A DNA stretch of 64,000 nucleotides from Octopus sinensis. Lineage: Eukaryota. This document shows, in pieces, positions 13,056 to 26,340 of the stretch. The position numbers and the translations under genes were made by a program. The stretch is taken from assembly GCF_006345805.1 (NCBI RefSeq), contig NC_043005.1, positions 97,650,001 through 97,714,000 on the forward strand. The letters run 5' to 3'. The notes under the pieces are model-generated. The model made no database searches. It was not told the DNA's origin and saw nothing but the letters and a program-made list of their open reading frames with translations. The first letter of the stretch is position 1; each line of letters begins with the position of its first letter.

Positions 13056-14113
13056 CCCTTTCGTTACTATATTTCTGACCAAAATGTGTTTCAATTAATT
13101 TCTAACATAATCATAAATTTAGTCTGGTTTCATTAAACAACTATAACTTTTTTATTTATCAATATATTAACGTGAATTTTGGAAGATAATTTTATGAAAT
13201 GTTCTCAACCAATTCTACACTATAATTTTTGTCACAAAGTGACTCTAATTGCAGGTAGATACAGGTAAATTCAACAAAATATAAAATTATTAAAATTTTG
13301 TTCAAACATCGCTATAGAAAATGGGTAATATTCAATTGGGTATACAACAAAATTTTACGATAAGAATTTGTTATTCTGGGTAACTTTCTGATACCCATAA
13401 TAATATTTATGGCAAAATAGTCTTAATTTCATTTAAGGTTATGGGAAACCACTAACTATCCTTTCTTTCGTTTTGTTTACATTTAGCGTAATGGTTTGTT
13501 TCCGCCATAATGATTTCAAATAGGCTCATTCGAAAAAGTAAAAAGAAATAGTCTAAGGCTTTACTCTTCTGGGAAAGTCTGTGGCTTGGTCCAGTTTCTT
13601 CAGAAAAACCACCGAAAGAAACAGTTTTTAAATTTTCACTCCATTCAGGTGCCAATTCATTTTCTTTATCGCTGTCGGAGTTCTCGGATTCACTGTTTTC
13701 ACTTTCGGAAAATGAAACATCGGATTCATTATCAAATACCACGTGCTTTTTTTTTTCAGTCATAGAGTTAGATTTATGAAGGTCTTCAGTAGAAAATCCT
13801 TTGAATTCTGACTCGCTGCTTGATATAATGAAATTCGTATCCATTTTTTGTCAGAATTATAAATTTTGAAAACACAATAGGAACAAATTTCGGAAAAAAA
13901 TCTCCTAAAATTCACGGAATTAAAATTACACTTCGATTTTTGTACAAAACTGTAGTTGAACTCTTTACGAAGTATAATACGTATTTTCACGAATGTACTA
14001 AAGAGATTTGCTCTGATATTCTCATTTAAATATGAATAGGTAAATTTGGGCGCCTTTGGGCGGTTTGGTCACATTAACCAAAATTTTTTTCGGGCAGTTT
14101 GGTAACGAAAGGG
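13056..14113 (-). mobile_element. Internally deleted piggyBac transposon (1058 bp) retaining a 130-aa transposase N-terminal ORF (13452-13844)
   Basis: TTAA|CCCTTTCGTTAC ... GTAACGAAAGGG|TTAA. ORF has an acidic S/D/E-rich N-terminus then FSEETGP...LDYFFLLF...IMAETNHYA, typical of piggyBac/PGBD proteins. Confidence 0.92.
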
Positions 14114-14702
14114 TTAAACCTCTTTAAAACAAATAAGCCAAAGCTTATCAAGACACTAACAGTTACCTGTCAGAAGATATGGGAGATTAGCTTAAAAGCT
14201 AGTATATAGCTTTTAAGCAACTGACCCTGAATGGGAAGATCTGCAAACTGTTCTCTGACTTGTTTTGGAGAATTTGTTGCAATTGCTTCCTCCAGAGTCA
14301 TATCCCAATGATGATAATATTCGTCTCAAAAAATCATGTAAAAAAAATTGCTGAAAAGAATCACAGTAATGAAAACATAGGATTTCAAGATTGCAGGTCC
14401 AGATTCAACCCAGAGTGTTTTTAATTTACTCACGAAGTTAACCTTTGGATTATAAAAATTGTTATCACGCAAAAAAATGTCTCAAAAAGTCATGTAAAAA
14501 AATTTGCTGGAAACAATCACAGTAATGAAAACTTAGGGGGAATCCAAAATTTCAGGATTGTGGGTCTGGATTCAACCCAGAATGTTTTTAATTTACTCAT
14601 GGAATCAACCTGATTCCAAAATGGTATATCTTGGGCTATGGCCTCTTGGAGTAAAGTGGAAAAAGTGTGACACAGTGACATTCACATTTATTATATCATA
14701 TT

Positions 14703-14925
14703 AAGGTGGCGAGCTGGCAGAATCATTGGCATGCCAGGCAAAATGCTTAGCGGCATTTCATCTGCTGTTAGGCTTTGAGTTCAAATTCTGCTGAGGTTGA
14801 CTATGCCTTTCATCCTTTCGGGGTCGATAAAATTAGTACCAGTTATATACTGGGGTCGATTTAACCTACTTAATCCCTTCCCCAAAAAATCTGAGGCCTT
14901 TTGCTTCCAGTAGAAAGGATTTATT
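14703..14925 (+). mobile_element. tRNA-derived SINE, second family (other copies 41080-41320-, 41696-41908+, 59490-59700+, degraded at ~22260, 35590, 40120, 60130)
   Basis: GGTGGCGAGCTGGCAGAA head, GAGTTCAAATTC B box, central TTTCATCCTTTCGGGGTCGATAAA..AGTACCAG domain. The 41696-41908 copy has a 12-bp TSD AAGTCATTCCTC. Confidence 0.88.
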
Positions 14926-17900
14926 CAAGTTGAAAAAGTGTGACACACTGACATTCATATTTATTATATTAAATGTTTAATTTTGGGGAAACTTTATCTC
15001 AATTATATATGTGTGCGTGTATGTATATGTAAAGAAAGCAAAAAATAAAACAAAAATGATAGTGTGCAGTATGTTGGCCACAGGAATTTGTCAAAAAGAT
15101 ATGGTTAAACAAAGTTGTACATCATTGCCCTCTTTCTCTCTTACTCCCACTGCCACCATCAACTCTCCCTAAATTTCTGTCTCTTTTTCTCTTTCTCTTT
15201 GCCACCACCCTCACCATCTCATACCTACTATTACTCTCACCACATTATGAGGATTAGTAGGAGTGCCATTAAATAGTGTGAGAAAGGGTCGAAGTGAGAC
15301 ACAGAAATTAGTTTTTACATTTATTATATTAGATGAAGCTTATCAAGGCACTAACAGAAGATATGGGAGATGAGCCTGTGGCCAAAGGAGTGGACTCAAT
15401 CACTGATGATAACCATTCTCAAGAAAGCAACCAAAGACTCTGCTAGGACTTATAGAACAATCAGCCTAATTAGCCATCCCAGTAAATTATTGCTAAGGGT
15501 TCTGCTAAGCAGACTTAAGAGGAAGGCAGGACACAAAAATGAACAGCTTTCTTAGGCAGCAAGTCAACAAATAGGCTGGCAGACAGGACCCACACCTTGT
15601 GCAGGTAAAAAGACAAAAGCTTGCATGATAGTCACTTATCCTACCACAACTACCAGACAATAACCTTTCTTGAGGGCAAAATTGAGAGAGGATGAAAGAA
15701 AGGCAGGCAAAAAATTCTGGTTTGACAGCAAAGACTGAACAGTTCACAACACTGTGAACCTGCTACATTTGACAGAGAACTATGGTGATGGCTGATTGCA
15801 AAAGCATCTAGAGTGGCACCCCAATGACTGACTGCATTAGTTAAGGGATCTTGATGATGAGGAGGAGTAAAGGCCAGAGGATATGAAGAAAGTAAAGCAG
15901 CAATAGTGTTGAGAGATACAATATTGTAAAACTGATAACACTACTTTTCTTGAGGTTACTGAATTCATTTTGGTATACAATAAAACAAAACACTAAGCAA
16001 TTTGTTGCATACTTCAAGAAGATCCACCATTCAAACTTTGATTAAAAGTAATCTGATTTCTGGATTCCCCATCTTCAAAGATAGGTTTACAAAGAATGAC
16101 TTTGGATTTCATATATTTCATATTTGTTAGCTAATACACGAACTCAATTCTTTGAGAGGAAAAGAAATAACTGAATACAATTTGGGTTCAATCTTTGAAT
16201 TTTGACTTCCTTGCCAATTTTACCTTGAAAACTATTCACTGGTAAGTGAAGGAAAGATGTAGATGGAGGGGGGGGGTCACAATGAGGCCTAATAAGCTCT
16301 CAGAATACACATAAAGGTTCTAAAAGTAATGTTAAAATTAGTAGTGAACACAATGAGGAATTTGAGTATACAGATGATTCCTTTCAACCTAGTCTTTCAG
16401 AGAATACACACTATTTTACAACTACGAGGCACAAGTCAGAACTGAACGCAATACAAAATAAATGAGATTATCAGAAGGATTGCCATATGCAATTAAGAGA
16501 CTTCTGCACCAGTATGGACATATCAAGAAAATGGATAAGTTGAAGCACAAGGTGCCACAACATGAAGCAGAAATAGTTTAGACAGTGATCAGAATAGAGA
16601 TGTGTAGAAGTATATTATTTTGTAAGGTTACCCACTAAGAAAGCAGTGAATTAATAATATTAGGCTTTCTATTTTTGAAGCATCTTTTTTTGCAAAATTT
16701 ATTGGATTTTACAAGCAAAGTAGTTAGCTGCAAGCTCAGTGATTGGTTGTCGCTATTTTTCTATATATTGCCAGCTGGAGCAAACTACTGCTATCTCTAG
16801 TGGATGGGTGTCCACCACTGAGGTTGAGTGCAAATAGCTTGAAAACAGACCGTCTGGTGGTCCCGTTGTTGTCGCTAGAAGATGGTAGGGGTTTGCTCTC
16901 CTGCATGCAATACATATCAGGTGCAGATTGCATTGATAACTGGCTGGAGGAGGCTCTTCCTGAGGTTAAAAACAGTAGTATCATTGGTTCCTACAAACAG
17001 CTATACTGAAGTGGCAATAAACATTACTAGATTTAATTAATATCAAAATTGAAAACTAGTTTTTGTTATACAATTTGCTTCTTAACACTTCAAAACACAA
17101 TGTACAGTCATGAAATGAGAAAGCCTTTAACACTTCACTAGAATTCAAAATGAAAGTTTTTATCACTAGATATTGAGTAATGTTTCATTCCAATTCAAGA
17201 ATGGCAGCATATTACAACCGAACTGGTTAGAATAAAAAAATAAGTAGAAAATAAAAATACCATATGAATAAACTAATACATTCTCCAGGTATGTAGACTA
17301 ATGGAAATTGTCCTTATCTAATAGAAGATTCTTTTATTGACAAAACCTATACTACTAGTAAGCTGAACTGGGAGATATATATGCAATTTACATTTTTGCC
17401 TGAATATAGTCTATAGTCTTTCATATTGCTCTATGTTGGGCTGTGCAACTATCCTTTCATCAGAAGGCAGTATAGCTCTGAAATTCACTTTATCTAAGCA
17501 AACCAATATTATCTTAGCTTATTAATTATGTTTTTATAAGCTTCATCAATTCTCTATTCAACAAAATTTCTTTTCTTTCCCCCCATAATACAAGCAACCA
17601 ATATTTCTTAACTAATATGTACAATTTAATCCTTGTACTAAGTACATTTTTATGGAAGTATCTACAAATTTCTTCAAACTTCATTTTAAAATACAACAGA
17701 GAGAAGAGAAAGTCAATGAATTTGGTTTATTGAGTGAATATGAACTAATTGAATTGTTTGCTATACAATCTAAAATGAACGACATTGCTTGTCAATCAGT
17801 GTTCTTTATGAATAAGTATACTTAAAAATTATACCAGCCACCACATATGTTGACCTGGTTTACCTCCAGATACTTTTAACAGTATGACCAGATAGATATC

Positions 17901-18059
17901 AATTAATAAACACTTTCTAGATTTTGATGGTAAACAATCTTAACCAAATTATGTATGCATGTAGATCTAATTTCTTAGTGCACACTTATGCCATATTCTC
18001 AAAGCATTTTTAGATGCGTTCTTCCTTGTGTGTGTGTGTGTAATATATATATATATACA

Positions 18060-18545
18060 TGAGTGTGATCACTGACAGAGTGGCTAACCGGCTTCCGTGC
18101 CAGTGGCACTTAGAAGGCCACCATTCAAGTGTGATCATTACCAGCGTCACCTTACTGGCACTTGAGCCCCGTGCTAGTAGGGTATTAAGAGCACCATCCG
18201 AGCATGATCATTGCCAGAGTGGCTATCTGGCCTCCGTGCCGGTGGCCCGTAAAAAACACCATTCGAGTGTGATTGTTACCAGCATTGCCTTACTGGCACC
18301 TGTGCCGGTGGCATGTGTAAAAGATTCGAGTGAGGTCATTGCCAGTACCGCTTGACTGGCCCCGTGCCGGCAGCATGTAAAAGTACCCACTACACTCTCA
18401 GAGTGGTTGGTGTTAGGAAGGGCATCCAGCTGTAGAAACTCTGCCAGATCAAGATTGGAGCCTGGTGCAGCCATCTGGTTCACCAGTCCTCAGTCAAATC
18501 GTCCAACCCATGCTAGCATGGAAAGCGGACGTTAAACGATGATGA
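18060..18545 (+). mobile_element. RTE 3'-end non-autonomous repeat with ~60-bp internal repeats and (GAT)n tail (similar copies 22930-23110+, 28940-29290-, 35790-36245+, 38340-38845+, 40260-40640+, 49590-49975-, 50390-50780+, 55625-55830-)
   Basis: Conserved ending GGAAGGGCATCCAGCTGTAGAAAC...CCAACCCATGCTAGCATGGAAAGCGGACGTTAAACGATGATGA. Confidence 0.88.
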
Positions 18546-19649
18546 TTTGTTTTTCCACTTTTGTTTTGGTTGGACTTTTCTTTGTATTACAGTACCACAC
18601 TACTTGTAATCATTTGTTCCCTTGTGAGGAGCAAATCCCTGAGCTTAGCTCTCACCACTTCTTTCTCTTCCGCAGGTTCCTTCACATGGCCCACTGGTTA
18701 CTTCTTTATGCAACTGTCACCCTCATGCCCATATCAGCAAAGTCTTTTCTTAGCACACACCCAATTTCTCTTTGCTCAGCTCACCTGAGCTCCATGGTTC
18801 ACATCCAGTGGAAGCATATTCACTTCAAAACTTTCTAGCATTCAATGTCCATATTTTACTGCAAGCAGAGATAACAACATTCAGAACATTTTCCATCCTG
18901 TTCTTACTCTGGATGCTATGCCCTTGGAACACCTTCCCACACAGCTAGTTTAGTTACCTGCATAACAGAAGCTGTCACCTACCACTAAGAAGCATTTGAT
19001 CACAATTCCATCCTTTCCTCATTCACCTCTACACCCATCTCTAATCACTTGTCCTTCCTGATTCTTTGTCCGTATTCTCTCTTATACTCACCCTATTGCA
19101 CCTTGAAAGTATGCTCACTCTCACCTAACTGACAGCACAGTTCTCACAAGTTATTCATCAACAACTAGTATCCTTAGTGGCCACCAAATTACACAGCATG
19201 ATACTCTCATCAAAAGTTTTCTCCACAATGAATGCTAGGAATGGTGTGCTATTTGCCAAGAACTACTGTAGTTATCTCACTATGAAAACAGCATCAGAGC
19301 TGTTTTCACTCAAAATGCATTTCATCTAAGTTAATTCTCTTCTTAATCAGCTGTGGTCTAACTTTCTGTAACCTTCATAACTTGGTTCATCAATTTGTAA
19401 CCACTATAGTTGCTTCTACAGCATCCTCTTTGCCACTGTAGCAGTGATGGTGATACTGCTACATCAGGTATGGAAAATGATGGCTGACTATGCATACCGT
19501 ATATTGCTCAATATTTTCAGCATCTCAGAAACTATCAATAATGATCAAACTGCTTCCCTAATACACACATACAAGTGCAGGCTTGGCTGAGAGATAAAGA
19601 AGTTTGCTTCTTAACCATATGGTTTTAAGTTCAGTCCTACATGTCCTCT

Positions 19650-20125
19650 TGTGATTTTGATTTCACTTACCTCAACAGGCCTTCGCAAGCAGAGCTTAGT
19701 GTCCAAAGAAGGAAAAGGTATGCATAAGTGGGCTGGTTAGGCCCCTGGCATAGGCCACGAGGTTATGGTCTCATTTGGCTTGCTAGCTCTTCTCATGCAC
19801 AGCATATTTCCAAAAGTCTTGGTCACTAGTCATTTCCTTGGTGAAGCCTAAAGTTCGAAGGTCGTGCTTCACCACTTCATCCCAGGTCTACCTCTTTCAC
19901 AGGTTCCCTCAACCGTAGGGTGGCACTTTTTCACACAGCTATCCTCATCCATTCTTGCCACATGACCATACCAGTGCAGTTGTCTCTTGCACACCACATC
20001 TGATGCTTCTTAGGTCTAACTTTTCTCTCAAGGTACTTACACTCTGTCGACACTGACATTACACATCCATCGGATCATACTGGCTTCATTCCTTGTGAGC
20101 TTACACATGTCCTCAGCAAAATGAG
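19650..20125 (-). mobile_element. RTE LINE ORF2 C-terminus and 3' UTR fragment (a related fragment lies at ~18560-19400)
   Basis: Minus translation contains NEASMIRWM...LREKLDLRSIRCGVQERQLHWYGHVARMDEDSCVKKC. Confidence 0.85.
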
Positions 20126-23100
20126 TATCAGTCATTTTCAATCTTTTGTGAAAACATGTCTGCCCATGGGGAAATTACCTTGCTTGGAAATAGTACTACT
20201 TAGCTTAAGTGGTCTACCAGGGCACCTGTTCTATCTCTAGCTGGTACTTACAACATCTAATTGCAAACATACACACAACACATTATGTAACATCTGCTTC
20301 TCCATGCTTCCACAGGTCAGAGTTCACCGAGGTAAATTTTCTACAGCTTGATGCCCTTCCTGTCAAAATCTCTAGCCTGTTTGCAAGCAAGTTCATATTT
20401 CCCCAAGACAGGACAGATTTCTGCAAAAAATGGGAAATAAAGACACTGGTTACAGACACAAATGATGGTCTTGCTCCTCAACCTTGTTCTGAGTTCAGTC
20501 CCACTGCATGTCACCGTGGGAAAATGTCTTCTATGGCCTTGGTCTGACCAAAGCCTTGAGAGTGAATTTCATTGTATTTGTGTGTTTATGTATGTATGTG
20601 TGTATATACACACACACACACACACACATCTGTCTGTGTCTGCCCCCTATCACCACTTGTTAACTGGTGCTGGTCTGTTTATGCCCCTCTAAGCAGTTTG
20701 ATAAAAAGAGGCTGAAAGAATATATACAAGACTTAAAAAAAGAAAAATCTACTGGAGTTGCTTTGTTCAATTAAACCTTTCAAGGTGATGCCCCAGCATG
20801 ACCACAGTATAATGACAAAAAAATAAAGGAAAGATATGTATGCACATATATACATACAATGGGCTTCATTAAGTTTCTGCCGACTGAATCCGCTTACAAT
20901 GTTTTAGTTGGACTGGGGCTGGAGCAGAAGACACTTGCCAAGGTGCCAGACAGTGGAACTGAACCCAAAACCATGAGAGTGGGAAACAAACATTTTAAAT
21001 ACATGGCCATGTGAGCACACACATATTTTAACTAGGTTTGTACTCAGCACTTTTATTTGTCAAAATTTCAAAGCTTTTCCATTCTGCTATGCTATATTTT
21101 CCAAAGATGTCAAATTCCATGATTAAATTTTCGACTTTAAACAGATGGTTTCAGACTGGTTGAAAAAGATGCTGTTTTGTTGATGGTAGAAGGTACTAAA
21201 GATACAGGATCAAAAAGAACATGAGACAAAGGTGTTAGATTAGATATAAAAACACTGAGCCTGTAAGATAGAAAGATGCAATTTGGAGATGTATGAGAAT
21301 AAGTACTGTAATACACACCTATTCTATTAATGTCAGTTAAGAAAATGACTTCATATGGTACTGTTGTTGGTAATTGTGCTAAAAGTATAACAAGCATCTA
21401 AAGAACATTAATGTCTCCAATTTGGCTCATTTTAACCATCAAGTTAGCATTTTTCATCATCCCATGACTGTTTTAAATGAGCAGCAGCAGTTGGTTCTTT
21501 AAAGAATCTAAAATAATATTAAGGCTTTCTAAATAAAAACATTGCATAAACCAAACTCCTCTCTTCATGTTGTTTAATCAGTGCAATGCACAATTACTTA
21601 GAGATAGGTTTAAATAAATTTTAGAATTCTTATGGTACAGAGAATCATCATCGTCACCATTGTCCATACTGGCATGGATTGGACTTCCTTTAAACAGTAA
21701 TTAATTTCATTTTTATTGCATTATTTTTCAAGAGCTCTCTTAAGTAGATTGTTATAGATGCTTACTAGACATCTTCATTGTAACAAGCAAATTACAATCT
21801 TGTTCCTTGTTTTCCTTGGCTAAACTTTACTCTGGACATCTATTTATTCTTATGTAGCCTAGAAGCATATCTAAATGCACTAAGAAATACCTAACATTCT
21901 CAATCTTTACCAAGATCACAATCAACTTGGAGCTTTTTTAATGTCTGCATTTTATTACAAGTTTTAGGAAGCTCTTAAAAATTTAATTAAAAGGGTTTTG
22001 CAGATACATGATGGAACAGTTAAGGGCTCTTTTAAACTGATATGAAAACAAATAACTAGCAAACAAAACAGGAAGTAGAAACGGTTTCTCAATTAGAAAT
22101 GAACAGATTTATTAATTCTCCATGACTAAATGCATTTGAAATGTATACAGTTGGGTTATGAATACTAGTGTGTATAACTAGGCTATAGGAAACAGGACAT
22201 CACATAGCTATGTTACTGATAAGGATTACAGATGAGGAGCAGAGATAAGTATGGAACAAAATATTGGTTTCGAATTTTGGCATCAGGCCAGCATGACCCC
22301 AGTGTTCAACTGGAACTTATTTTATTGACCCTGAAAGAATGACAGGCAAAGCTGATGTAAAGAGATGAAATCCTGCTAAGCATTTTGTCTGACGTGTTAA
22401 TAATCCTGTCAGCTCGCTGCCCTCTGTATTAAACAAAATATTACCAACTGAATTACAAAGGTGACAACAAGAGGAGCAAATGAGTCCTGAAACATAGCTC
22501 CAGAAATGCTAAAACATTTGAACAGTATTTGATAATCATTTATTGAATTACTCATCTAATTCACAAACAAGGTCGAATACTTGGCAAAATAAAAACATAC
22601 ATGAACATATCCAGCCAAACTGAAACAGTAACAGATAGTCACTAAAATACTGACAGCAGTTCATATTTAATCATCAGTGTAATAAGCTTCTCTAGCTATA
22701 CTTACCAGGCAGTACAATTGAGAAGAAAACTCTGAAGAGCATGTAGTTATTTGGGCATTTCCCTATTAAATAGGAATTATCAAATAATTTCAGTGCTGAG
22801 TTCATATCCTTTGACGCAAAACCTTAAAGTGCAAGAACTTGTAGAAAAAGTTTAAAAAACTGAAAAAGCAATACTAAGTCAAATGAAATAATGAACCTAG
22901 TATCACAAGACAATGATGGACAACTTTTAAAAGTCTGACTGGCCCCGTGCCGGTGGCATGTAAAAGCACCCATTACATTCTTGGGAGTGGTTGGCGTTAG
23001 GAAGAGCATCCAGCTGTAGAAACTCTGCCAGATCAAGATTGGAGCCTGATGCAGCCCTCAGTCAAATCGTCCAACCCATGCTAGCATAGAAAGCGGACGT

Positions 23101-25439
23101 TAATTGATGGTGATCATTAGTAGTCTGCTCAGTATAAAGTTATTAAACTTACTGATCTGTCAAGATGATGAGTTCATGTTCAGTGTAACCATAGTTCATA
23201 AATGAATACAGCATTCTTGCAATCCACTGTTCAGTAGATACCATTTGCCTACTCATGGTCATATCTGCATGCATCTCATAATCAGATGGCTTTTACTGCA
23301 AGGAATAGCTGCATGGTAAATTTACATCATGATCCCACAAACTGCAAAATGACTACAATATCTTAATCATGAAATCATGAACATGTCATCACCATTGGAA
23401 ATACCCGATCTCCATGCTGGTGTGGGTCAAACATATATACAAACAGCATCTGTCCATATATTTCGGCCATACATTACTGATGATGATTTTATCATCAGTA
23501 AAGTCTAGTCTTCTATACATTCCTCCAGATACTGTCTTTCACTTAATATCTTCTCATTACATTCCTAATGACAGTTCTACCATTCTCCACACCTACACTT
23601 AAATCCCAAAGTTCAAAATGCACATGAAATGAATCCCACTCAATGTGTACCTCTCAGTTCTTCAGAAGCATTGACTTTACAAACCGTTTGCCACAGGAAT
23701 CATTATCTACCATATCATTGAAATGGATACCCTTCTGAGTAGGATTGATATTCTACCATCTAGGAAAGAAACACCTAACAACTGTGCAGACACAAACTCA
23801 AATTAAATGGGTCTTTTAATAGCTACAGTTAGGTCTCACAAAATCTAAAAAGGGAGAGATAATTGTAATAAGATCAGTAGAGTGAAATAGTTGGATAATA
23901 ATGCAGGCAAGAGTGGATCTGGCTTTGAAGGCAACCAGTGAAAACAATAGACAGGTTTTAGAGAAATTAACTTCCATAACAAAGCACATTCTACTTAGTT
24001 GGTAAGATTGGTATTATATATATATCATTTAACATCTAAGTTTTGTGTTTGCTGGTTCAACTAGTCGGAGGGCTATGTTGGTCTCCAGTGTCTACTTTGG
24101 ATAAGTTTCTATGACTGGATACCCTTCCGAATGCCAACCACTGGGTTGCTTTTATGTGACATTGGTACCAGCAGGATCGCCAAATAACTTACAAGATAAA
24201 ACACCTTGACAGAGTAAGTGTGCAGTATGGAAGGAGCAGCTTTGTGTCAGGTGTAGAGGGGCCAAATTAGGAAAGAACAGGAATAGGTGTCTTGTAGAGG
24301 AGATACACGGGAAAAGGAGAAAGGATAGTGGGGATGATGTAACAGAACAGACTCTCAAGGTATGAGAAAGGAGATAGAAGCAGAGTACATACACACACAC
24401 AGAAAGGTAAAAGGGATGGGGGAAATATAATAATGAAGATTATGAATGTCAACAATGCAGCTGAGAGAAAATACCAAGAGAACTCGCTATATACTAAGCA
24501 CATATATGGTTGGGACTTGTGCCATGTAAACAGCACCCAGTACACAATGTAAAGTGGTTGAAGTCAGGAAGGGCATCTAGCCTTAGAAAATACACCAGAA
24601 CTCACAATAGAACCTGATGCAGCCCGTCAAACAGCCCAACCTATGCCGGCATGGAAAATGGATGTTCAAGCAATTACAACCTACAAGAGTATTTCAAATT
24701 TAAAATCAGCAAGGGAAATAAATCCAATAAGATCAGATGAATGAAATTTTTGGACAATAGAGATGATGCAGGTTTGATTAGTTTGTCATTAAAGGAAACG
24801 GGTGACAGTGAGGCACATGTTTCAGCTTTATTAGACCTCCTCAATAAAACAAAATACTTGGCAAGATTAAACAGTGTGTGTGTGTGTAGTGCGAATGTAG
24901 GTGATGTTTACTAACAATATGGCTCAGAGAAAATATCAGTATGGCTTCACATATGAAACACAGTGAACTGAAAAAAGAATTCAGTAAGTGCAATTATCTC
25001 AGTAATTACTAGAAAAAGTACCATCAAGGAAGGGGTAATTAAAATCTAAAACAACTATCAAGACAGATAGCTCCAATGAAATCAGCTGATCAAACTTTTT
25101 AAACATAAGACACTGGAAATATGAGTGGATCTGCTCATTAAAGGCAATTAGTGAAAGTGGTCGATGTTTCAGTTTAATTAATCTCTTCAGTGAAGAATTT
25201 TCTATTTAATTGGCGAAAACAAGACAAAAAGTAATTAACAACTTGCCATTGAATATATGCAACCTTTCATATTTGATCTTAGTGTGCAAAACTGTTCGCA
25301 AGTATTGTGCTTCAGCTTCATTTTTAATAAATGCATTTAGTGCCATTGCATGAATATGCATGCAACTTATTCACACACTCCTTCATTTTCTAGACACTGC
25401 ATGTCTATCATAATCCTACAGGCCATCACAGAGGATTTT

Positions 25440-26340
25440 TAGATTGGGTGTCAATGGGAACTATATGCAGAAGACATAGACACCATAACTGAATTAAAGT
25501 TGAAATTCTGGGTATGGAAGCTGAACCTAGAATCAAAAGATCTTAAGGTAAGTTTAGCAAAGATGAAGGTTCCTGTGAGAAGGAAGAAAGACAGTACCTT
25601 TAGGGAAATGGCCCCACTTGATATGCAGAGAAGGAGTAGGTATAAACTCCATATGTTGTACATAATGTAAGCAATGGACACACGAGATGCAATGAAATTG
25701 CAGACAGATTAAAAGAGAATATAAGCTTTGTATGTGATAGATGCACAGGAGCAGTATGAACTATGAACAAACTGGAAATAAATGCTCTTGAATTTTCCTG
25801 GATAGCTCGCTAGAAGTAGTTGTTAGCTTTTATCCAAAAGAAGTAATTAACAAGGGAGGTGGCTACTCCAAGAGTATAGTAGCCAGAGTAAGAATGGGTT
25901 GGAGAAAATTCAAGAAATTATTACCACTGTTGGCAACAAAGGTCTAGGTTTTTCCCAGAATGAAGGGCAGATTGGATGATGCTTGTGTAAGAATTGCAAT
26001 ACTGCATGACAGACATGGATTTTGAAAGCAGAAGACTTGAGAAGATTGGAAAAAAAATGAAAATATGTGCTGAGGGGAAACTGGGTATAAGAGGATGCAG
26101 TGGGCAAGAAAGAAGACTGTGCTGATAAGGACAAGTAATGCATATGGATGAGGACAGCTGTATAAAGAAATGCCAATCACTTGATGTGGTTGGAGCTCGT
26201 GGAAAGAGACCCATGATGACATGGGATGAACTGGTCGAACTTGACATTAAGACCAAGAACCTCATAGAGATGATAAAGGACTGGGATATCTTGCAATACA
26301 AGGCTCTCAAGAAAACCTACCCACATCTACAAAAACTGAC
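25440..26340 (+). mobile_element. Decayed RTE LINE RT/C-terminal region with an embedded PHD-like Cys/His motif
   Basis: GKWPHLICREGVGINSICCT*CKQWTH..RC...FVCDRC, then ARVRMGWRKFKKLLPLLATK and MDEDSCIKKC. Confidence 0.85.

Larger units (their letters stand above)
12540..15860 (+). mobile_element. Fragmented RTE LINE interrupted by piggyBac, SINE and other insertions
   Basis: ORF 15370-15555 WPKEWTQSLMITILKK...YRTISLISHPSKLLLRVLLSRLK is the RT N-terminus. Further pieces at 12540-13050, 14120-14270 and 15560-15860. Confidence 0.75.

Noticed and set aside
16736-17009. Overlapping 82-aa (-) and 88-aa (+) ORFs in a GC-richer island with a possible minus-strand acceptor
   Set aside because: No recognisable domain and no consistent donor or phase. 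Left unassigned; RNA-seq or BLAST would be needed.
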